This document shows, piece by piece, positions 57,814 through 64,000 of a stretch of 64,000 nucleotides of DNA. This DNA comes from an uncultured Gammaproteobacteria bacterium. GTDB lineage: Bacteria > Pseudomonadota > Gammaproteobacteria > GCF-002020875. The notes below the pieces were generated by a model, which worked only from the letters and a program-made list of their open reading frames with translations, had not been told where the DNA came from and did not search any database. Position numbers and translations under genes: made by a program. The first letter of the stretch is position 1; every line of letters begins with the position of its first letter. The DNA lies in the NCBI GenBank assembly GCA_963981015.1, contig CAXCCG010000004.1, positions 1,720 to 65,719 of the forward strand, written 5' to 3'.

Positions 57814-59067
57814 ATGTTTTCAAAGAGAGAGACAGTTGCGGGTTTTGATGATGAGCTTTGGAGTGCAATGCAGAGTGAAGAGCGTAGGCAGGAGGAGCAT
57901 ATTGAGCTGATTGCCTCTGAGAACTATGCCAGTCCCCGGGTGATGGAGGCTCAAGGATCTCAGCTAACCAATAAATATGCAGAGGGGTATCCAGGCAAGC
58001 GCTACTATGGTGGCTGTGAATTTGTGGATGTTGCGGAGCAGTTGGCGATTGACCGGGCCAAACAGCTGTTTGGTGCCGATTATGCCAATGTACAGCCACA
58101 TTCAGGTTCTCAGGCCAATGCTGCGGTCTATCAGGCTCTCTGTCTTCCTGGAGACACCATTTTAGGGATGAGCCTTGATGCTGGAGGCCACTTAACACAT
58201 GGGGCCAAGCCCAACTTCTCTGGAAAAATCTATAATGCTGTGCAGTACGGCCTCAACAATGAGACCGGATTACTCGATTACCAAGAGATGGAGTCTCTGG
58301 CTCGTGAACATAAACCCAAGATGATTGTTGCCGGTTTTTCGGCCTATTCGCGTGAGGTGGATTGGCAACGTTTCCGCAAAATTGCGGATGAGGTAGGGGC
58401 CTATCTATTTGTTGATATGGCCCATGTTGCCGGATTAATTGCTGTGGGTGAGTACCCCAGCCCGGTACAGATCGCTGACGTGACCACGACAACCACTCAC
58501 AAGACGTTACGTGGTCCACGTGGAGGCATTATTCTGGCAAAATCAAATCCTGAGATTGAGAAGAAGCTCAACTCTCTGGTCTTTCCCGGGACACAAGGTG
58601 GCCCATTGATGCATGTGATTGCAGCAAAAGCGGTCGCTTTTAAAGAGGCGCTTGATCCCTCCTTCAAGACCTATCAGCATCAGGTCAAGCTGAATGCACA
58701 GGCAATGGCACAGATATTTTTGGATCGCGGTTATAACGTGGTTTCTGGTGGTACCGATAACCATCTCTTTCTGGTCGACCTGATCCAAAAAGGGATTACT
58801 GGTAAAGCGGCAGATGCTGCGTTGGGTGCAGCCAATATCACCGTGAACAAAAATGCAGTGCCAAATGATCCACAGTCTCCTTTTGTCACCAGCGGTATCC
58901 GCGTGGGTACCCCTGCAATTACCACACGTGGTTTTGGTGAGTCAGAGGCAACGGAGCTGGCGGGTTGGATGTGTGATGTGATGGATGATGTGAATAATAG
59001 TGAAATCATTGAGTCAACCAAGGCTAAAGTGGTTGAGTTGTGTGCCCGTTTTCCGGTCTATGGTTGA
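57814..59067 (+). CDS. glyA: Serine hydroxymethyltransferase
   Basis: [21 protein letters not shown] and [14 protein letters not shown]. Confidence 0.98.
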   Translation: MFSKRETVAGFDDELWSAMQSEERRQEEHIELIASENYASPRVMEAQGSQLTNKYAEGYPGKRYYGGCEFVDVAEQLAIDRAKQLFGADYANVQPHSGSQANAAVYQALCLPGDTILGMSLDAGGHLTHGAKPNFSGKIYNAVQYGLNNETGLLDYQEMESLAREHKPKMIVAGFSAYSREVDWQRFRKIADEVGAYLFVDMAHVAGLIAVGEYPSPVQIADVTTTTTHKTLRGPRGGIILAKSNPEIEKKLNSLVFPGTQGGPLMHVIAAKAVAFKEALDPSFKTYQHQVKLNAQAMAQIFLDRGYNVVSGGTDNHLFLVDLIQKGITGKAADAALGAANITVNKNAVPNDPQSPFVTSGIRVGTPAITTRGFGESEATELAGWMCDVMDDVNNSEIIESTKAKVVELCARFPVYG

Positions 59068-59093
59068 CCCTGAGAGTCTTGGAGGAGTAGAGG

Positions 59094-59645
59094 TTGCGTT
59101 GTCCATTTTGTAGAGCAGAGGATACCCGCGTGGTTGACTCGCGCCTGGTTGGTGAGGGTGACCAGGTGCGCAGGCGACGGGAGTGTCAGGCGTGTAGTGA
59201 ACGCTTTACAACCTTTGAGACGGTAGATCTCGCGACCCCCAGAATCATAAAGAACGATGGTAATCGACAACCTTTTGATGAGGACCGGTTACGTCGAGGC
59301 TTCTTGAGAGCGCTAGAAAAACGACCAGTAGAGACTGCACATATTGACGCAGCAGTTGAGCGCATTCGACATCGATTGATTACCAAAGGTGAACGTGAGG
59401 TTGCATCACGTGAACTGGGTGAATGGGTCATGGATGAGCTGCGGAATCTTGATGAGGTTGCCTATATTCGTTTTGCCTCGGTCTATCGAAGCTTTCAGGA
59501 TGTGAATGCCTTTCGTGAGATGGTTGAACGGATGGAGCGTGATACTCTGTTGGGAAGAAACGATCACCAGCTACAGCTATTGACCGGTGAGAACATTGAC
59601 CCCTTTCAGCAGGATGACCTCCACCCAAAAAACAGGAAGCGTTAA
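59094..59645 (+). CDS. nrdR: Transcriptional repressor NrdR
   Basis: MRCPFC, VVDSR, RRRREC..C, RFTTFE and AYIRFASVY. Confidence 0.96.
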   Translation: MRCPFCRAEDTRVVDSRLVGEGDQVRRRRECQACSERFTTFETVDLATPRIIKNDGNRQPFDEDRLRRGFLRALEKRPVETAHIDAAVERIRHRLITKGEREVASRELGEWVMDELRNLDEVAYIRFASVYRSFQDVNAFREMVERMERDTLLGRNDHQLQLLTGENIDPFQQDDLHPKNRKR

Positions 59646-59659
59646 ACTGCTGACTTATT

Positions 59660-60769
59660 GTGAATCCAAAGGATCTATTTACGGGCAGTGACTATCGCTG
59701 GATGGCGAGAGCGCATCAGCTTGCAGCATTAGGACTCAATACCACCAATCCCAATCCACGGGTAGGATGCCTGCTGGTACAGGAGGATCGAGTGGTGGGT
59801 GAAGGGTTTCATAAATGGGCAGGTGGGCCTCATGCAGAAATTAATGCTCTTAATGCTGCCGGGGGCGATGCAAAAGGGGCAACGGCTTATGTAACACTTG
59901 AGCCTTGTAGCCATTTTGGCAAGACTCCCCCTTGCTGTGAAGCATTGATTGATGCAGCGGTTAAGCGTGTTGTCGTTGCACTGGAAGATCCCAATCCAGC
60001 CGTTTCCGGTCGAGGAATTCAGCGCTTGCGTGATGCCGGGATTGAAGTGCAGAGCGGTCTATTGGCAGAGGATACAGAACGACTGAATCCAGGCTTTTTG
60101 ATGCGAATGAGGGAGAAGCGACCCTATATACGTATCAAGATGGCGAGTAGTCTGGATGGAAGGACGGCGATGGCTTCTGGTGAGAGTCAGTGGATTACAG
60201 GGCCGACAGCACGGCAGGATGTACAGCAGTTGAGAGCACGCAGCTCAGCGCTACTCACGGGGGCAGGGACTGTGACAGCCGATAATCCATCATTGAATGT
60301 GCGAGGGATTGGTGAGGTGAAACAGCCGATTCGCATCGTATTAGATCCAGATGGGCGGGTAGAGGCCTCCGCTAAACTCTTTTCAATTGAAGGAAGGATC
60401 ATAATGATTGTCGCCGAAGGCGTTTCCCCGCAGTATAAAATGGTTCACCCTGAGGTGGAGGTCATTGAGTTAGAGAAAAATGGAGTACATTTGAACCTTT
60501 CTCGATTGATGGAGAAGCTGGCAGAAATAGAAGTAAATGAGCTTCATGTAGAAGCGGGAGCTACGTTGACGGGTGCCCTGGTTGAGCAGCAGCTGGTTGA
60601 TGAGTGGGTACTCTATATGGCTCCTGCTTTAATGGGAAGTGAGGCTCGGCCACTCTTCAATTTGCCACTGCAAGAGATGGAAGAGAAGCTTCAGCTCAAT
60701 ATTGTAGACCTTCGAAAGGTGGGGCACGATATCCGAATTACCGCTTTGCCTCATTGGAAAAGTGAATGA
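59660..60769 (+). CDS. ribD: Riboflavin biosynthesis deaminase/reductase
   Basis: NPRVG, HAE, TLEPCSH..TPPC and SLDGRTA. Confidence 0.96.
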   Translation: MNPKDLFTGSDYRWMARAHQLAALGLNTTNPNPRVGCLLVQEDRVVGEGFHKWAGGPHAEINALNAAGGDAKGATAYVTLEPCSHFGKTPPCCEALIDAAVKRVVVALEDPNPAVSGRGIQRLRDAGIEVQSGLLAEDTERLNPGFLMRMREKRPYIRIKMASSLDGRTAMASGESQWITGPTARQDVQQLRARSSALLTGAGTVTADNPSLNVRGIGEVKQPIRIVLDPDGRVEASAKLFSIEGRIIMIVAEGVSPQYKMVHPEVEVIELEKNGVHLNLSRLMEKLAEIEVNELHVEAGATLTGALVEQQLVDEWVLYMAPALMGSEARPLFNLPLQEMEEKLQLNIVDLRKVGHDIRITALPHWKSE

Positions 60770-60836
60770 GGTTGGACAGTGGTGATTGGTTATGGATAAT
60801 GACCCTTAGTAAAAAAATTTTCGGGCAAGTACCTAA

Positions 60837-60951
60837 GGAACCTCTGAATAAGTCATGAACAATTGCCTCGCGCCCATAGCACCCAATATCTTCGCCTTGA
60901 TCTTGTGCGCTATGAACACGATTCATTTTGCCCGGACTTATTCAGAGGCCC
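60837..60951 (-). mobile_element. MITE copy 4 (115 bp, inverted, most divergent)
   Basis: GGAACCTCTGAATAAGTC ... GACTTATTCAGAGGCCC, with a CTAA duplication. Confidence 0.8.
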
Positions 60952-60971
60952 CTAAGTATCAGGAGAACACG

Positions 60972-61517
60972 ATGAAAGGAATTGTTTTCTCAGAGTTTAT
61001 TGAGATGGTAGAGGATAAATTCTCTCCGGAAATTGCAGATCAGATTATTCAGTCAGCTTCAGGGCGTTTAAAAACAGGGGGTAGCTATACCTCTGTCGGT
61101 GTCTATGACCATATTGAGCTGGTAGAGTTGGTCAAAGAGCTTTCAGCAGTGAGCAATATCCCGGTAGATGATCTGGTCACAACCTTTGGAGTACATTTGG
61201 CTGGCCGCTTCTCAGTACTCTATCCAACTTTTTTTGAAGGTGTGACAAGCACGCTCGATTTTCTTGAGAGTGTGGATAACCATATTCATATAGAGGTTAA
61301 GAAGCTCTACCCAGGAGCAGAGTTGCCTGAATTTAAAACAGAGCGTAATGGAAGTCAGTTGATTATGGAGTATAGCTCCACGCGCCCTTTCTCTTCGCTG
61401 GCCAAGGGGCTGATAGAGGGAAGTGGACTCTATTACGGTGAGACGCTTGAAGTTGAGGCGGAGGATCTATCAAAAGGGTTGGGTAATCACATGCGTTTTA
61501 CCATTACAAGAGTGTAG
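60972..61517 (+). CDS. H-NOX/HNOB heme-NO-binding protein
   Basis: AGGAG RBS, MKGIVFSEF, HIHIEVKKLYP, LPEF and YSSTR (YxSxR). Confidence 0.85.
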   Translation: MKGIVFSEFIEMVEDKFSPEIADQIIQSASGRLKTGGSYTSVGVYDHIELVELVKELSAVSNIPVDDLVTTFGVHLAGRFSVLYPTFFEGVTSTLDFLESVDNHIHIEVKKLYPGAELPEFKTERNGSQLIMEYSSTRPFSSLAKGLIEGSGLYYGETLEVEAEDLSKGLGNHMRFTITRV

Positions 61518-62852
61518 ATGAGAAACACTTTGGAAGAGCTCGAGAAACAGATTTCATTATTGGAACGGCGATTCAGCCGTGAACGTGATGCGCGAAAAGA
61601 GGCTGAGAAACTTTTAGAGCAGAAAAGTCTAGAACTCTATGAGACCAACCAACTGCTAAGGATGGAGAATTTACGAATCATGAAATTGATTCAGTCCCTT
61701 CCTGTAGCCATGGTTCTTTATGATCAAAAGACGGTTATCGCCGTCAATCCCAGCTTTGAATCCTTGTTTGGAGAGTCTCCAGAGGGGCGTTCTGTTGCAG
61801 AGACAGAGGCCCGTTTGGGGCTGGAGATGCGCGACCATCCTGAATATCGTGTTCAGCATGAGATTCATAAACAAGGAGAAACACATGAAGAGGTTACGAC
61901 TGTTCTGGTTCAATATGTCCCGCTGATTGAACATCACACGGCAGATGCAGTTCATGAGACCTTAATGGTGGCGATGGATATCAGTGACCGGATTAAAAAT
62001 GATGAGGTACAACAGTATGCCGCTTTTCAGGCGGGAATTGCTGAAATGAGTGCCTCAATTCTCCATAATATTGGCAATATTGTGACTGGAATGCATGGTT
62101 CATTGATGCATCTGGGCAGAATACCACCGCAAATTAAACGCTTGGAGAAAGGGGTCAGTAAGGCACTTGAGCAGAGTCAGCAAGCGGAAGATACTGACTT
62201 GGTGGCAACCAACCAGCGTAATGAGCAGGTGATGCAGGCTACAGTCAAGATTCTCTCTGGACTACGTGGTGAGGAGAAGATGGTCCAGTATATCGATAAG
62301 CTGGAGCTGGGCATTCACCATATTGGCGAAATAATCCAGCTGCAGCAGAAGGCGGCGCGCCCTGATACACATATCACTTCATTCAACTTTCCTTCGATGC
62401 TGAATGATACCTTGAGCCTCATTCAGGACCGTATTGAAAAATACAATATTGAGGTGGTGCGTGACCTGGATCCTAAATTGCAGAAAGTTGAATTACCAAG
62501 GAATCCGATGATCCAGATGGTCATGAACTTCATAAAGAATAGTATGGAGGCGGTTGGTGAGCGACTTTTGGAAGAGTATAGCCATCAGGGCAAGATAGAG
62601 ATTATAACTGCTGTGGTTGGGGAGAACAGCTTCAAGCTTACAGTTAGAGATAATGGTTGTGGCATCTATCCAGATCGTCTGGAGAAGATTTTCGTATTTG
62701 GAGAGACCAATAAAGAGCAGGGGAGTGGTTATGGTCTCCACTCGGCAGCCAATTTTGTCCGTAGCCTGAATGGAAAGCTGTATGCGGAGAGTGATGGCGA
62801 AAATAGTGGAGCTGCAATGATAGTACAGTTGCCTATCCGAGTTGATCGTTAA
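61518..62852 (+). CDS. Cytoplasmic PAS histidine kinase
   Basis: H box ILHNIGN, NFIKNS, DNGCG and GYGLH. Confidence 0.85.
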   Translation: MRNTLEELEKQISLLERRFSRERDARKEAEKLLEQKSLELYETNQLLRMENLRIMKLIQSLPVAMVLYDQKTVIAVNPSFESLFGESPEGRSVAETEARLGLEMRDHPEYRVQHEIHKQGETHEEVTTVLVQYVPLIEHHTADAVHETLMVAMDISDRIKNDEVQQYAAFQAGIAEMSASILHNIGNIVTGMHGSLMHLGRIPPQIKRLEKGVSKALEQSQQAEDTDLVATNQRNEQVMQATVKILSGLRGEEKMVQYIDKLELGIHHIGEIIQLQQKAARPDTHITSFNFPSMLNDTLSLIQDRIEKYNIEVVRDLDPKLQKVELPRNPMIQMVMNFIKNSMEAVGERLLEEYSHQGKIEIITAVVGENSFKLTVRDNGCGIYPDRLEKIFVFGETNKEQGSGYGLHSAANFVRSLNGKLYAESDGENSGAAMIVQLPIRVDR

Positions 62853-63372
62853 TCCAGTGGAAGTTTTAAACCAGCACCGTCTGGCGCGGCTGTTAATAGT
62901 TGATGATGACCCGCGTATTCATGACTTTTACCGTGAGGCACTGAGCCTGTCTCATAACAGTGATGAGGCAGAACTAGAGGTTGATATTGATGAGATGTTT
63001 GCGATTTTAGAGGAGGACAACCCTCTGCAAGAGGAGGCAGCCTACTGTGATGCGACTTTGGCCAACCAGGGGCTGGAGGCATTGAGAATCTCGAATGAGA
63101 TGGTTGAGAAGGGGGCTCCATTTGACTTGGCGCTACTGGATATGAGGATTCCACCAGGGATTGACGGGCTCGAGACGGCAAAAGGGCTACGTAAGCAACT
63201 TCCTCAACTGCTCATTATTTTTGTGACCGCCTACTCTGACTATCGTGATGAACAGTTGATGGAGCAGTTGGAGCAAAACTATTCAATGCTCCATAAGCCA
63301 ATTGGTCAGCAACAGTTACGTGATGAGATTTCAAAGGCGCTACCCTCAGAGCTTCAATTTGGCAATGCGTGA
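62842..63372 (+). CDS. Single-domain response regulator with an acidic insert
   Basis: LIVDDD, LLDMRIPPGIDG, VTAY and HKP. Confidence 0.82.
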   Translation: MIVNPVEVLNQHRLARLLIVDDDPRIHDFYREALSLSHNSDEAELEVDIDEMFAILEEDNPLQEEAAYCDATLANQGLEALRISNEMVEKGAPFDLALLDMRIPPGIDGLETAKGLRKQLPQLLIIFVTAYSDYRDEQLMEQLEQNYSMLHKPIGQQQLRDEISKALPSELQFGNA

Positions 63373-63530
63373 AACTTGGTAAGTTTCTGAGTAGCTCCAC
63401 GGCGAATTGGTCCTGAGCACCAACAGAAGCTAAAACGATGAGATAACCTATAGGTCTGATAATTTGATCTCCCTTGAGGTATAAAATACTCTCCAAACCA
63501 ACCGAGAGAGAGTAATTGGAGTGCCCCAAG

Positions 63531-63635
63531 CTACAGGTGCGCATCATACATCTGCAGGAAGAGAAACAGTTTTAGTTTCTGATGGAGCAGCACGACTACT
63601 TGGGTGCGCTACCCAAGATCATTGGTACCCTATGT
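63531..63635 (+). pseudogene. DUF4338-type IS-associated protein remnant
   Basis: Reads LQVRIIHLQEEKQF*FLMEQHDYLGALPKIIGTL, compared with the pattern EE.RF..LM..HHYLGALPKIGETL; contains an internal stop. Confidence 0.55.
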
Positions 63636-63677
63636 TCTCGGACAGCCATAGGGGGTAGAGGTCAAAAAGGAGAAAAA

Positions 63678-63754
63678 TGGCGCGCCTGAGACGATTCGAA
63701 CGTCCGGCCTTCGCCTCCGGAGGGCGACGCTCTATCCAGCTGAGCTACAGGCGC
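63678..63754 (-). tRNA. tRNA-Arg(CCG)
   Basis: GCGCCTGTAGCTCAGCTGGATAGAGCGTCGCCCTCCGGAGGCGAAGGCCGGACGTTCGAATCGTCTCAGGCGCGCCA; cloverleaf with encoded CCA. Confidence 0.96.
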
Positions 63755-63879
63755 AGTTTGAAGCAACGGCGCGGATTGTACCACTTTGTTGGAACGGGAG
63801 AGAGCATTAGATGGTTATTGATGTGAGTATCGGAATCGAATACGATCCTCTATATATTAACCATAGATAGTATCAGAAA

Positions 63880-64000
63880 ATGAAACATAAAAAGATTGAG
63901 TGGGAAGACAATTACAGTGTGGGTAATGTGGAATTAGATCGCCAACACCAGCACATCTTACAGCTGATCAATGAGATTGTTGAGCTGCTGAACCAAACAG
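63880..64000 (+). CDS. Bacteriohemerythrin, partial (runs off the window)
   Basis: MKHKKIEWEDNYSVGNVELDRQHQHILQLIN. Confidence 0.8.
   Translation, partial: MKHKKIEWEDNYSVGNVELDRQHQHILQLINEIVELLNQT

Noticed and set aside
60855-60971. N-terminal extension of the H-NOX ORF
   Set aside because: It derives from MITE copy 4; the AGGAG RBS and the family start MKGIVF point to 60972.
63678-63754. tRNA-Arg as an integration site of an island or prophage
   Set aside because: There is no integrase and I found no duplicated tRNA 3' end in the window; only a small IS-like remnant lies nearby.

Overview
Chromosomal window from a probable sulfur-oxidising gammaproteobacterium (inferred from soeABC, a SqrR/BigR-like regulator and gene order). 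Most of it is housekeeping and signalling genes: uvrD, comF, bioBFHC, ahpC, pilA, ispB, bamD-rluD-pgeF, def, nadC, adk, dgt, aroBK, pilQ, glyA-nrdR-ribD, tRNA-Arg, several kinases, H-NOX and hemerythrins. The highlight is an accessory island at ~36.76-44.4 kb holding a complete diversity-generating retroelement (DGR): target 1 - avd - TR - RT - target 2. One 130-nt template repeat feeds two variable repeats, with 12 and 18 substitutions at TR adenines plus one shared G->C near the 3' end. Unusual extras: a (CCAA)13 slippage tract directly after the target-1 start codon (candidate ON/OFF phase variation on top of hypermutation), a MutS-I-like tail on the RT, no hairpin after either VR, a TGTAAC 10-bp repeat motif shared with pilA and pilQ, flanking RAYT remnants with IS5-like MITE ends, and a BrnT/BrnA pair. 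Also present: a DUF692 (MNIO) RiPP cluster with an 8-Cys EGKCG precursor, two candidate sRNAs with anti-Shine-Dalgarno loops, a modular MITE family and a frameshifted hybrid kinase. All family assignments come from motif recognition by eye, not database searches.
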